Assembly (NCBI RefSeq): GCF_001194135.2 | Contig: NC_068995.1 | Coordinates: forward strand, 2,089,424 to 2,153,423 | Length of the DNA: 64,000 bases | Direction: 5' to 3' | DNA from: Octopus bimaculoides | Taxonomy: Eukaryota | Shown: positions 40,101 through 53,624 of the stretch, piece by piece | How positions within the stretch are numbered: the first letter of the stretch is position 1 | How the letters are laid out: each line of letters starts with the position of its first letter | Made by a program: the position numbers and the translations under genes | The notes under the pieces: generated by a model | The model's database searches: none | Told to the model about the DNA's origin: nothing | What the model saw: only the letters and a program-made list of their open reading frames with translations

Positions 40101-40479
40101 TGGAAGGTTAATCTTAAAACATTCTGTTTCTCTCTCTCCTTGGCATTATAAACTTCTACAAACTCATAGATGTCATCTTACCATTTTTGCCGAAACAAAC
40201 CAGCACCATTTTCTTCACACTTCATTTCTTTTTACTTTTTTCTGAGACAATGTGCAGATGACATACGTGATGGGAGTTCATTATGAAGAGAAAAATGTTA
40301 AAAGGTCTTAAAAGTCAACTAAATTGTTGTGCTTACAAAATATACAGGTGACCATTTGTAGGGTGTGCGTGTATGAGTAATTTGAGAGCAGACTGGTCAA
40401 GGTAATGTGGGGCTATGAATCAACCGAATGAAAATCTCAGGAAACAAATAGGGAGATCAGGATATTGTGGGATAAAATC

Positions 40480-40760
40480 AGAAGTAATCGAGTTTGGGTC
40501 CTATGTTACTAGCAGTAAGAAAGTCTTCCTTACAGTGAAGGGGTTAGCTTGGACTATCTGTAAGAAGCTTCACATCTGGCAATCAAGTATTTTAAAATCA
40601 ACAAGGCTTGCTTTCTTCAGGTCTTGTGTAGAATGCATCGTTCTCTATGGAATGAACCTGGTTTATGAAGAAAGAGTGCCAAGATTAGGATTAGGATTCA
40701 AAACATCTCATGGAATGGAGCATAAGAGTAAAGAGGAAATCTATGGACTTCATGTTACAT
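40480..40760 (+). mobile_element. RTE-type LINE C-terminal (thumb) relic
   Basis: FGSYVTSSKKVFLTVKGLAWTICKKLHIWQSSILKSTRLAFFRSCVECIVLYG...HKSKEEIYG resembles the RTE pattern YLGSYIxSSxKD..KGxAWxAC..IW..FRAxVESxLLYG. Confidence 0.7.
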
Positions 40761-42683
40761 TTTCTGATTGCAAGCTCCTCTTTTACCAGCTCCACCATTC
40801 TACAACCATTGACATCACCGCCAGCACCACCAATTCAACCATCCATGACCAGTGACATCATCACTAGCATAATACTAGCTCAATGATGCAGAACCACTGA
40901 CATCACACCTGATACCCATACCTTCCCCCCCACTCAACCATTCCATCGTCATCGACATCACTTCTAGCACCATCAATACCACGGGTGCACCAGCCATCAG
41001 CTCGACCATTCATGACCACTGATGTCATCATAACCATTTTCACCATCAAGAACCATCGATATCCCTCCCAACACCACACCACCACCTCCACCATATTTGG
41101 CCTTGACCACTGCCATCACCACTGCTATCAACGTCACTGCTATCCAACCACCACACACCTCTGCCACCACTACCACCATCATCATCATCATCATCACCGT
41201 TGTCACAATCAATGATCTTGTTACATCTAGCTCTCCCCATCTCCACCCCCTCTCCTTTGTCTTAAGCCATTTTCTCTAATATACAAATTATATCAACTTC
41301 ACTGACAACATCCAAACTTTGTCTTCTTTCTTTTTCCTTCATTCTTCTATTTTTACTTCCTCAACACATATGCACACACACGCACACACACACACACATA
41401 CACACACACAGGACAAAAAAGATGCAATTAACAACACGAAACGAAACAAAGCCCCCAAAATGCAAACATCTCTACAAAGGGAGAATCGCTTTCTTTGTCC
41501 TTTCAACCAAGGAGAGAAGATGATAGAGTTTTGATACAACAATTTGTTGAAAGAGAAAAAATATTCTATTCAGAAACAACACCCCCACCCCCCATCATAC
41601 CTCCTCACCCCCCGCAAAAACAACAACAACAACAAAAGAACCAAAAAAATTCCATTGTTAGTTTTAATATTATTTTTTTCTTCCATATCTATCTCTCTCT
41701 TGTTTCAAGTGCAGTTTAGGTCCATATTTTTCATATCTTTTTGTTCTTGTAAATTATTGTAAGAAAAAAATAAATAAATAACCAAAAAGGTTTTCTATTC
41801 CAGTGCTGGCATTCTTTCTTTTAGATTCAATATGATCTTTGGCAACTCTTTCTTCAGTTCCTTCAGTTGTTTCTCTGCCATTGCCAATCTCTTTGACTTT
41901 ACCGTTTCTTCTTCAGTTATGTTATTTAAACCAAGATGATCGACATAGTTACTCTCACTGTCCTCCTGTTTTGCATGATGCTAACGAAAAAAAAAAAAAA
42001 AAGAAAAAGAAGAAAAATAATGATGATGATGATAATAATAATAATAAAACAGAAAAAAGCAGTAAACATTCTATTATCTTCCAATATTCTGATCTTCCTG
42101 TGAGCTGAAAGATTAATAATTTCTAGGTCTTTTGAAGAAGAATAAAAATAAATAAAAATAAAATGACAGAAAAAAAAATAAGGACTATGATGATGATGAT
42201 GATGATGATGATAAAATAAAAGAAATAAAATGAAATAAAATAAGAATATGGTAAAATCGAATTTGAGTTGTATGCCAAACGAAACTAATAGCCGATTCCA
42301 AAGATGACAGAGCCACATGAAGAAATCTGCGATATGATTAAAGTTGTCAGAACAAATGATTGGTCTGCTAAAAGAATTCTTTACCTTTCACAGATTTCTT
42401 AGTATTTAAACTTGAGTCTTTTTCACCGATTCCACCGTTCTGTCATGACTATAATCTATTATGACCGAAAATAGATGGCAGAATCAACCTCAATGAGATT
42501 GGCATTTTTAAAAAAAAATTTATTCTGTTTTTACTTCAATTAGATATGTCTAACCTTTTGACTTCTATTGTTTACGATGAACCAATGATGCTAGAAATAG
42601 TAGCTAAACCCCCATCAATTCATCTCCTGCTGTCCTCTATTTATTTATTGATTGATTGATTGATTTTTTTTTTGTTTGTTCAA

Positions 42684-42980
42684 GGCATAAGCATGACTGT
42701 GTGGTTAAAAAGCTTGCTTTGCAATGATGGTTTTGGGTTCAATCCCACTGCATGGTACCTTGGGCAAGCGTCTTCTATGCACCAGGCTGACCAATGCTTT
42801 GCAAGTGATGGATGGAAACTGTGTGGAAGCCTGTCATGATTGTGCTTGTATGTGTGTGTGTGTGCGTGTGTATCTGTGTGTGTGTTTGTCCTCTCACTGT
42901 TTTGACAACTGGTGTTGGTTTGTTTATTTACCTACAACTTAGCAGTTCTGCTAAAGAGACCAATAGAATAAATATTAGAC
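42684..42980 (+). mobile_element. SINE family 1 copy
   Basis: Head GCATGACTGTGTGGTTAAAAAGCTTGC..GGGTTCAATCCCACTGCATGGTACCTTGGGCAAG, (TG)n, partial tail. Further partial copies lie near 8320-8450(-), 9500-9650(-), 29330-29440(+), 43790-43935(-), 49455-49605(-) and 49741-49832(+). Confidence 0.7.
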
Positions 42981-43469
42981 TTCAAAAAAAAAAAAAAAAA
43001 GAGAGAGAAAAAAGAAGAAAATCCAATCTGTTTGAATAAACACAGCATGGATGCAGTGCAGAGATTGAAAGAAGAAAGAGGAAAATGTCGTCTTTGATTT
43101 ACTGCTTGAATAAAAGACAGGATGATCATAGCTGGAGAGCCTTTCATTCTAATCCAGCTCAGTCATTGCTGACCTGGGGCTAAAAAGTAACAATCTTCAA
43201 ACAGTTTTTTCTTCAATTAGACATCAAACGATTTTTACCTTTGTAGTTTACAAACCTGTGAGGGAGCATCTATGTGGTCATAAGATCTGCATGCTAGACA
43301 TAGCAGTCAAATCTCTCAAATCTCAACTTCAACATTTTATTAAAAAAAAATTAAAAACAAAAACTTTAAAGAAAGAGGAGGGGCAGAGAAGATATATAAT
43401 GAAGTCATTGTTGTTTGTTTCCCTGTAAGTTAATGGATGGCCTGGCAGTTCCATCACCAGGTTACTCCA

Positions 43470-43610
43470 TGTTTGCCAGCTGAGTGGACTGCAGTGACGT
43501 GAAGTGAAGTGTTTTGCTCAAGAACACAATGCATCGCCCGGTCCAGGAATTGAAACAACAATCTTACAGTCATGAACCCAACACTCTAACCACTAAGCCG
43601 TGTGCCTCCA
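43470..43610 (-). mobile_element. SINE family 3 copy (tRNA-like head plus CTTGAGCAA core)
   Basis: Minus strand reads GGCTTAGTGGTTAGAGTGTTGGG..TCAATTCCTGGACC..TTGTGTTCTTGAGCAAAACACTT..CCACTCAGCTGGCAAA. Confidence 0.65.
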
Positions 43611-45430
43611 CTTTGTCACACTATGTCATGCTAATTATACTTGAGAATTATGTTAAGGATACACATGTCTGTGGAGTACTCAGCCACTTTGCATGTTAAT
43701 TCAATGAATGAGTCATGCAGGTGATTGAACAACTGCATACTCATCTTAAAATTGTTGGGAGAACTCATCACATAATACTACGAGTTTCTTCACAGCTTCT
43801 CTCCATCAAATTCCACTCCCTGGGGCATTTGGTCAGCCTGAAGCTATATTAGAAGACATTCAACCAAAGTACCATGCCATGGGATTGAACCCAGGACCAA
43901 AGGGTTATGAACCAGACTTCTTAAACAACTTGGCATGATTGAGGTCTTGGGACTCGAAGTGTTCATCTGACCTATTTTCCCATCTGACCTATTTTCTAGT
44001 CTCCTTTCTGATATTCTCCCCCCCCCCACCGCCACATAAAAGCCTCCACCATGAGCATTACCAACCTGTCTTTGATTCTTTGAGTCTCTCTACTCGACCA
44101 TATTAATTCCGAATGTTGTCATAAACATGTGATGTATTATGTCCTGTTAAATAGTTATGTAATTCTTCATATTGGAGATGACATGCATTTCCTTGAAACA
44201 TTGCAAGACTTTTCCTCTGCTTGTCTCCCCCACTTTCCCAATTCCTTCCTTCCTTCCTTCCTTCCTTTCCTTCCTTCCTTCCTTTCCCTTTTCCCAACAA
44301 CCTCAATTCTGCCAAACGGCTGCCAATTGCTGACCCTCTCCCATTTTGTGTAGCCTTTCTAACCAGAAAGATGATACAAAACAAAGATTAGACATTCACA
44401 CACACACACACACACACACACCACTGCATACACACACCACTGCATACACACACCACTGCACACACACACCACTACACACAAGTAAACACACGCACGCATG
44501 CACAAACAAAGGTGTACATTCTGAATCAATAGTTATGAAACGATACTGCAATATTAGCAGAGCCGACTTGTGGTGTTGGTGGCTCTTTCTGGCTGTCAAT
44601 TAAAAGATAATAAACATCAAAAGATCGAGGTGAAGGCTGGAAGCAAGGAGTGGAGAGAGGAATTATCATCGAATCCAAACATAAGGAAGAAGAAACGGTA
44701 ACGCCTCTCAGTCAATCATTTATTGATGATCTCCAATTGAAAATTTTCTATACTTCATCTTGTGTATTTACTCATTGATTTCGTATTTATTGTGTAATGT
44801 CTGAACGGAGGAACCAAGTTGTGAAAGGCAAAATGTTGGTTTTTATGCTGCTTTACCACCTTGATCTACACGAAATGCTTGCCAGGAATAAAATTGGTAA
44901 ATCTTAAAAGTCAATGGACCAGTAATTCCTAAAGAGATATAGCCACGGAAACTTGTCAATATTGTGATATTAGAAGACATTTTGGTGCTTACCATTTCGA
45001 CTATGTGATAATAAATTTATGTTTTAGACTATTAGATTGTTTTACACACACACACACACACATACACACACAAACACAATAATCATCATCATCATATATG
45101 TACACTTGCTAACAAAGTTTTACCTGTCCTTCATACTGGCATGGGTTGGATGCTTTGACAGGATCCTATAAGTCAGAGGACTTGCCATGCTCCAGCTGAG
45201 CCACATACACCCAGCATGGTCTTGCCATGTTTGTGGTAAATAGACACAGTCGGAAGTGAAGTGATGAGCTACTGAATTCTACATAACACTAGACGCAGAT
45301 ATATTGGTCTCTGCTGTCAGCAGTGGGAGTACTGTGTAGCTGATGAGTGTTTTCTTCATTTTTAGTGAAGTAAATTTAATCAGTTTGCTATCTTGTTGTT
45401 AATTACCATAAAGTTGGAAGCTTTCATTGG

Positions 45431-45475
45431 CGCCAAAGTAAAAACGCCAAAGTAAAAACGCCAAAGTAAAAACGC
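45431..45475. repeat. 14-bp tandem repeat x3 (CGCCAAAGTAAAAA)
   Basis: Exact copies at 45431, 45445 and 45459. Confidence 0.95.
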
Positions 45476-45494
45476 TTACGGTTCATATTTACAG

Positions 45495-45536
45495 GAAAGA
45501 CATGCGAGAACACCATCACACCGTCACACCTTCCTG
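45495..45536 (+). CDS. Candidate 42-nt symmetric phase-2 mini-exon, (R)KDMREHHHTVTPS(W/C)
   Basis: TATTTACAG|G acceptor, CTG|GTGAAT donor (weak at +5), length 3n, open in the frame left by exon 1. Confidence 0.25.
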
Positions 45537-47074
45537 GTGAATTCTGTTGCCGTGTGAATGTTCTCAGCACATTTAACAAGAGGAAGAAGAACACAAAGTG
45601 GCAGAGTAGGGAATGGGTGGCAGAACAATACGTGAGGAAGTATAATGGTGTTTGATGTTATACGTGAAAGTGAAACTAGGAGACGTACATGTTTTGAGGA
45701 AATCAACGAAAATAAACAACAACAAAACAGAAAGATAGAGTGGAGGTGGGGACTAAGGTGGGGAGTAAAGTTTATCTCCAATAATTTTGAATTTGGCATT
45801 TAGCTAATCCCTTTAATGATTTTGATATGTTTTAAATAATTAATGATGCCTGGAAAATTTGTTGTATAACAAATAATTAGTTATTATTTGCCAACCTGTT
45901 TTCATTTCCTCGGTTTTGTTGCTAGAAAAATTTTCAGTTTAAAAGATTAATGAACAGAATGAAGAGAGCTGTGACTTACATAATAGCAAAGACTCGTTAG
46001 TTTGATGAAGTTAGCCTCAAAACTCATTCTCTCGTCTTCGTTCAACAGAGAAATAATCAATGACTGTATATTTTAAACTGTTTTTTTTCCCCCTTTTCTT
46101 TGCATTTCATCTACTTTCCTCTCTCTCCTCCGTCCCCCCCCCCACATTTTGCAATCAATCTATGTTTCTCGTGACCTGACTGCCTCATTATATATACACA
46201 TACTGACAAGCGCACATATATATACTAGAGTTCATTATACACCCACAAACCCACACGGCACACAGCTTGTTATACACCCACAAACATGTATACAGCACAT
46301 GTGTAGAGCTTATGAAAATGTTAATGCAAACACAGGAGAAAGTTGCAGACATCGATTGTACCGTTCGCCACCACCACCACCGCCACCACCACCACCACCA
46401 CCACTGCCACTGCTGTCGTTGCCATACACCACTGATACTAATACTACCATCGTGACCACTTACCATTGTGATGTGCTAAGCATTGTGATTGTAACTGTTC
46501 ACCGTCAACACTACCACCGTGACCATGAGCTGCTGTCACTCTTAGAACCACCATTGCCACCACCACCATTGCCACCACCACCACTATCACCACCACCACC
46601 ATCATTCATCCTTTTCATAACTGTCACTACTGCCCTCACCACCATCACCATCATCATCATCAATATTATCACCACCACCACCATGACCGGCATCAACCCC
46701 CACACACACACACGCACAAACACCACCACCACCACCACCAATACCACAACCACCATTGCTACCACTTAAACACTCATCATCATCACTGCTACCACCGCCA
46801 GTATCCCCACCTCCTTCACTGACCACCATCACCGTCACACCATCATCACTATCATATCCATCCCCTCCACCACCAACATCACTATCACTCTCACACTCAT
46901 CACCATCATCATCATCTAACACATGACCGCCACCACTGCCACCACCACTACCACCACCACCAACACCACTGACTGGTCACTGACTTGGTAGTAAGGTTGT
47001 GAAGGAAAGTCTCTTGTTTTGTTCTTCGTCCTTTAAATCTTTGGAAAGCTTGCAGATTTTTATAATCCTCAATA

Positions 47075-47390
47075 TCAGGATCATCTGTAGTGTATGAATT
47101 AAGGATTTACATTCTCTCCTCAAGATCCCATGTTCAGCCATACTTTGCTCCAGACAGGTCCTGTTGCTCCAATAATTATAGGTATGAAACTGAAAGTGTA
47201 TCTTGGGTCCTGGATCTGCAAACTATTTATCAATGGCCCTGTATCTTCCCAACCACATTGGTGTCCAGAGGGCAGCTGATTCCCACAACAGAACATATCT
47301 TTTCTTTGTAATCCGGCAATAATATCTGGCCAGTTGTGCCTTAACCTGGTGACTGTTTCAATTTCTAAGTTTCACCAATATTCTTTCGAC
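47075..47390 (-). mobile_element. Restriction-like-endonuclease (R4-type) non-LTR retrotransposon relic
   Basis: Frameshifted IETVTRLRHNWPDIIA/DYKEKICSVVGISCPLDTNVVGKIQ/GPLINSLQIQDPRYTFSFIPIIIGATG, the RLE pattern HNRPDI..ExSCP..K..PIIxGxxG. Confidence 0.65.
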
Positions 47391-47798
47391 TGATCAGTCT
47401 CAATATTTATATATGACGTACATGTGACTGTATGTAATTATGTATCTGTGTATATGTACATAGCTAGTGGATAGGTTTATTTTGTTGCCCAGTTTAATAC
47501 CATTAGCTGGAATTAATTAACTAGAAACTCACTCAGCAGCATTGATTGAAGTAAAGCTGTGCACAATTATATTTAACACGCTCCTGTACACTCTGACATG
47601 GACAGACCTTTGCTGCAGAAACTGTCTTGGGAGAGAAATTCTTCTAATAGGTCATGTGTGTGAAAAATACATCATGCTAGGTTACGAATGGCATCATTGG
47701 ATTGTACTGTATTATGTTTCTGCATTGTTACACTTCATCTGCTCCAGACACTGAATCCATCATTTACAGCCCCATAAGAATTCTGTTCTTGTATTTAA

Positions 47799-48020
47799 TC
47801 CTTTAGCTTTCAGATGATTCTGTCAAATGTTCTGTTTATTTATTCATATTGTTTTAAATTAACCATTCATTAACTCACAGCTTTGAGATTTCAATGATGT
47901 GATTGTTTATTTTTAGAATGACATTGGGTAGGGTAGGTGTGAGAGGCTGGATCTGGCTGGTTTGTACATAAAACAGCTGGAGTATTTGGGCCTGATATAA
48001 CCAATTTAGACGCTAAAGGG
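47799..48020 (+). mobile_element. piggyBac-like MITE (family B)
   Basis: TTAA-TCCTTTAGC ... GCTAAAGGG-TTAG termini. Confidence 0.6.
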
Positions 48021-49122
48021 TTAGGCTGCTAATAGTAGATTTGCTGATGTGTGCAAAGCTTATTAAGCTAGAATTAATTAACTAGAGACATACTAAGTAG
48101 CAATGATTAAACATAGGTGTTTACAATTATATCTGATACGTTTGTTTACTCACAAATTTGGGAAGACTTTCATTGTAGAAATTGTTCTGGGAGAGAAACT
48201 CTCTTTAGAGACAATGGATGGTTCTTGGATGTCTTAAGTGAAATCCCTTCTCTTGCAAGCATTTGGGTCATGTGTCTGGCTGGGGGATATATTCCGCCTT
48301 TCCTGGCACCAGTCTCTTGCAGAACATGGAAGAATAAACCATTGGTATTTGCATTTCCATTCCTAACTCTTTAAGACAAGAAATAGTAATCACTTTCACC
48401 ATCACCATCATCACCATCACCATCATCATCACCGTTGTTGTTCTCATCGTCGTCATTGCCATCATCACTATCATCATACCCTTCAGGACCACTAACAACA
48501 ACAATACCACCATCATTTTCACCATCAGCATCATCATCAATGACCCCACCACCACCACCACCACCACCACCACCGTCACCCTCATTAACACAGTAGTTCT
48601 TATCATTGTTGTTATTGTTATTATTATCATCTTTATTTTGGTGTTACATGTGATTTCTACATCGCAGCATGTGTTAGAAAGTTCTGGAACACGCCATATT
48701 TGCATGCGTCTTCATCTATTAGACTAAATGTCATGATATAATTTGATAAAACCAATAAAACAATGATAAATAGAAACCAAGACAGAGATCTTAACCGTTG
48801 CATCGATCATCAACAGAGAGAGATGCCAGTTAATATATTATTCACGAAACAATTCCACAATGGTCTTTGGAAACGGTAAAACTTCTATCATTATTTACTT
48901 TTATATTTGTTTTTATATTATAATGGTGAAAAATAGCAATGACGGTGGTCACAGGTTTCCGATGGACTAATCACTGATTCACAACATTTCTAACAGTGAG
49001 GGCGATAAGGGAGTGGTTGTTACGTGGTGCAGAACAAATATCATAGAACAATTGGTTCTTTCTTTCTCTTTTGTTTTCTTGAAAGATTCACACACACACA
49101 CACATACACGCCCACACGCACG

Positions 49123-49168
<46 letters not shown>

Positions 49169-49853
49169 CACAGATACATGTGCTGGAGCACCACCTCTAG
49201 CCAAAAAAAATCGATCCCAGGATTTATTCTTTGTAAGCCTAATACTTATTCTATCAGTCTCTTTTGCTGAACTGCTAAGTTACAGGGACATACACACACT
49301 CGTGTCATTTTATCTATGTCCCCATGATTCAGCAATTCAGCAGATGAGACTGATAGATTATGTTCCAGATTTAGAATAAATGCTGTGGTTCAATTTGTTT
49401 GAACAGTGCTCCAGTATGATCACAATCCAAGTAAAAGAATATAAGAGATATTTGATAGGCTTCCACACAGTTTCCATTTGTCAAATTCCAGTCATAAAAT
49501 ATTGGCTGACTCAAGGCCATTGTAGAAGACACGTGCCCAAATACTGGCACATGGTGGGATCGAGCCTGGAAGCTTCTGATTGTAAAGACAATTTCTTCAT
49601 CACACAGCCACCTTGTAGGATCTGCACAAACTAAATTTGATTACAAAGACAAATTGTTGAGAGGAAGGAAAGCAATTAATTAAGAATTATTCATTGCAAA
49701 TATTGGAAAAGCAATAAATTAGAAACACAATTATCTGTACGGCACCTTGGGCAAGTGTCCTCTACTCTAGCCCCTTACCAACCAATAGTTTACGAGTAAA
49801 TTTGATTGTCAGAAACTGTATGGAAGCCTGTTATATGTGTGTGTGTTTGTATG

Positions 49854-49892
<39 letters not shown>

Positions 49893-50994
49893 GTGTGTGT
49901 GTGTGTGCTGTTGAGAGGAAGCAAAGCAATTAATTCCAAATCGTTCATTGTAAATATTGCAAAAACAATAAATTTGAAACACTCTTGTAATTATTGGATT
50001 AGCCAAATCTATAGATCACCGATTCTTTTGCTTCTTGGTCACATCTTTCTTAGTTCTGAATCCAGTTCCACCAAAGTTCATTTTACCTTTTATCCACCTG
50101 GGAGAGATAAAACAGAATATCAGTGAAATACTGGGGGTAAATTCCAACTTCCCACCTCTGTGATGTTTGTGGCTTGGCACCGATTTAAGAAACAAAATTT
50201 TGCAAGTTTCATTTAAAAAGGAAAGGGAGAGTAGGGAGTGGAGACACACCATAGGCTGGGCCAGAATTATTATCATCATCATCATCCAGTGTTTTAAACC
50301 TGGGTTTTGTCCCTGTTAACTGGGGTGGCCAGATCTACCTCAATGCCATAGCAAACCAAGGTAGGTGCAGTCTACCCCAATCTTTGGGTTGGCTGGTGTC
50401 CATCCCCCATTGTTATCATGAGGCTTTTTTGGAGCTGGATTTTCTACCGGGAGCATGCCAAAATGTTTAGATGCATTTGTTCCAACTCTCAGCATTCTGA
50501 GTTCAAATTCTGCCGAGGTCAACTTTATTTTACATCTTTTCAGGATTGATAACATAAAGCACTAATCAAGTACCCCTCAAAATTGCAGGCCTTGTGTCAA
50601 AATTTGAAACCATTATTATCATTATTATTAACGAAAGCTGACCAGTGGCTAAACAACAACCACACCATCTGCCTGTGTTTAAAGCATTACCACCTATCTT
50701 TCCTTTAATGTATTTTATTTGACCAGAAGCAAGTCCCCAGCTTATTTACCTTACAGGAAATATTTCTTAGTTTCTCCTATAATTAATCAATATAGGAAAG
50801 ATGGAGGGGGGGATTTATTGATTTTTTTTTCTCTCTTGTCTGTAGACCACACCTAGTGAAACCTCTTTGTCTTCACCATAACTCAAGATCTACAGAAACT
50901 AAGCTGTCTATTCTTAGCAGATTACTACTTCATTCATCAGCCTCAACACACACACACACCCATGTATATATTTATGTATACATGTGTGTGTGTA

Positions 50995-51035
<41 letters not shown>

Positions 51036-51516
51036 NNNNNNNNNNNNNNNNNNNNNNNNNNNNNNNNNNNNNNNNNNNNNNNNNNNNNNNNNNNNNNNNN
51101 NNNNNNNNNNNNNNNNNNNNNNNNNNNNNNNNNNNNNNNNNNNNNNNNNNNNNNNNNNNNNNNNNNNNNNNNNNNNNNNNNNNNNNNNNNNNNNNNNNNN
51201 NNNNNNNNNNNNNNNNNNNNNNNNNNNNNNNNNNNNNNNNNNNNNNNNNNNNNNNNNNNNNNNNNNNNNNNNNNNNNNNNNNNNNNNNNNNNNNNNNNNN
51301 NNNNNNNNNNNNNNNNNNNNNNNNNNNNNNNNNNNNNNNNNNNNNNNNNNNNNNNNNNNNNNNNNNNNNNNNNNNNNNNNNNNNNNNNNNNNNNNNNNNN
51401 NNNNNNNNNNNNNNNNNNNNNNNNNNNNNNNNNNNNNNNNNNNNNNNNNNNNNNNNNNNNNNNNNNNNNNNNNNNNNNNNNNNNNNNNNNNNNNNNNNNN
51501 NNNNNNNNNNNNNNNN

Positions 51517-51577
<61 letters not shown>

Positions 51578-51794
51578 CTATTTACGTGTGTATATGTATA
51601 TATATGTGTGTTTATAATATGTGTGTGTGTGTGTATTATAAGATACATATGGTTGTATGCTTTTAAGTATAAATCATAAGTCGTTTTATTAATAGAGTGT
51701 TGTTTACTAAGTGGGAGTACACCGCATACGATACGGTAGGGAGAGGAAAGAGGGGTGTGTATAACGTATAACATTGCCCATATATCATGGGATG

Positions 51795-51843
<49 letters not shown>

Positions 51844-52039
51844 AAACAGGGTGTATATATCATGCTGTGATCTTTATAGATCTAGTTGGGCAGGGGGGGG
51901 GTACTTTCAGTATTGTTGTTTTCTGTTACTCAAACATCAATTTCAGTGAAACAATAAACAAAGCATTTTCAATGACAATCTAACGTGTTAATAAATTATG
52001 TATAAATTGTGATATTCATAGTGAGAATATAAAAGCGTA

Positions 52040-52045
52040 TTGATA

Positions 52046-52076
<31 letters not shown>

Positions 52077-52193
52077 TAATAATGATAATAATAATAGTAA
52101 CAATAATGATAATGATAATAAAATTGATGATGTGAACATTTTACAGTATATTTGTTTGATAGTCATCATTATCATCACTATTATTATTATCAA

Positions 52194-52232
<39 letters not shown>

Positions 52233-52318
52233 CATCATTATTATTATTATCATTATTATTATTATCATCATTATCATCATTATTATCATTATTATCATTA
52301 TCATTATTATTATTATTA

Positions 52319-52353
<35 letters not shown>
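52040..52353. repeat. (AAT)/(TAT/CAT)n microsatellite abutting the Dong-like element
   Basis: Visible runs. Confidence 0.95.
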
Positions 52354-52356
<3 letters not shown>

Positions 52357-52920
52357 TAGTCTTATTCTTATTATGTGCTTTCACTGCACTACTGAGTGCA
52401 GCTCTGTGTGCCTTGGGTACGTGCTGTGCTTTGTTGTGGTGTTGCTATTTTCACTGTATTGAAAGCGTTTTACACAGGATGCGTGCGGTGCCTAGTAGTG
52501 CTATTATCTGTATGTTATATATATTCGTAAGTCATGATGTTTCTGTTATGTATTTGTTTGTATGTTTTTTTTTTGTTGGGATTGATACATCAATTAGAAG
52601 ACATTTTTGTTTTTGATGATCTCTGACAACTATATCTGGTCTATTAGCCTTGATCTTTCTATGTGTGTGTTTTGGCATATCCCAGAGTATAATTGCTTTG
52701 TCATTTTATGACAGCTTTCCTGAGGTGTGCCTATGCCTTTTTTTTTTCTGTTATCATTCCATAGCATTGGCATAGCTTCCAGTGTATATAGGTCCCAATT
52801 CTGTCATGTCTGTGAATATATTCCTTTTTAGCCGGGGCTGGGCAGCCAGAGACAATATGATTTATTGTTTCTTCCCCATCACCACATATTCTGCAGTTAC
52901 TTATTGTATTTTTCTTAAGT
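52354..52920 (-). mobile_element. R4/Dong-like non-LTR retrotransposon 3' end, 5'-truncated and internally deleted
   Basis: CCHC knuckle NCRICGDGEETINHIVSGCP..EYIHRHDRIGTYIHWKLC; RLE motif ILWDMP..KANRPDIVVRDH..CLLIDVSIP; terminal IYNIQIIALLGTARILCKTLSIQ*; short 3' UTR running directly into (AAT)n at 52353. Confidence 0.85.
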
Positions 52921-53593
52921 TTCAACACATTTGGTTCATCACAACGACTACACACAGTGAAATGTTGTATTTTGTTGATTTTTGTGAGCCCCACCTGACT
53001 GGCTCCTGTGCTGGTGGCATGTAAAACGCACTCGATACACTCTTGGAGTGGTTGGCATTAGGAAGGGCATCCAGCTGTAGAAACCTTGCCTGATCAGATT
53101 GGAGCCTGGTGCAGCCTTCTGGCTCACCAGACCTCAGTCGAACCGTCCAACCCATGCCAGCATGGAAAGCAGACATTAAACAATAATGATGATGATGATG
53201 ATGATGTTCATAACATATCAATGGTTGTTAGTGAACACCCCCACCAAAACCGTGCTTGTTCACACGTGTCAGGTTTCTGTTTAATTATTTGGTGACTCTG
53301 GCTGTTGCATTCTTAGGGAGTAACTTAAAGGGCATTTAAAACATTTGGTCTTTTCTGTCCCCTTTATTCTGTGTAGTAGAATGAGTATCATATTATATCA
53401 ACTTCTAGGGACTTTGTTTCCCTCGGAATGAGCATCGAAGAGTTTGGCAAATTCGTCAAATATAATAGCTTTTACCGCATCTTTTTTAAAACATCAGGGG
53501 TGTTGTTCTGTCTCAAGGCTTTAAGTCTCTTCAGTCGTTTGACTATGAGTTCTACTACATCATCATCATCGTCGTTGTCATCATCGCCATCAA

Positions 53594-53624
<31 letters not shown>

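Noticed and set aside
44556-44700. Open frame QSRLVVLVALSGCQLKDNKHQKIEVKAG.. with ACG|GTAACG donor
   Set aside because: In the phase required by exon 1 it hits TAA, the acceptor lacks a pyrimidine tract, and there is no recognisable homology.
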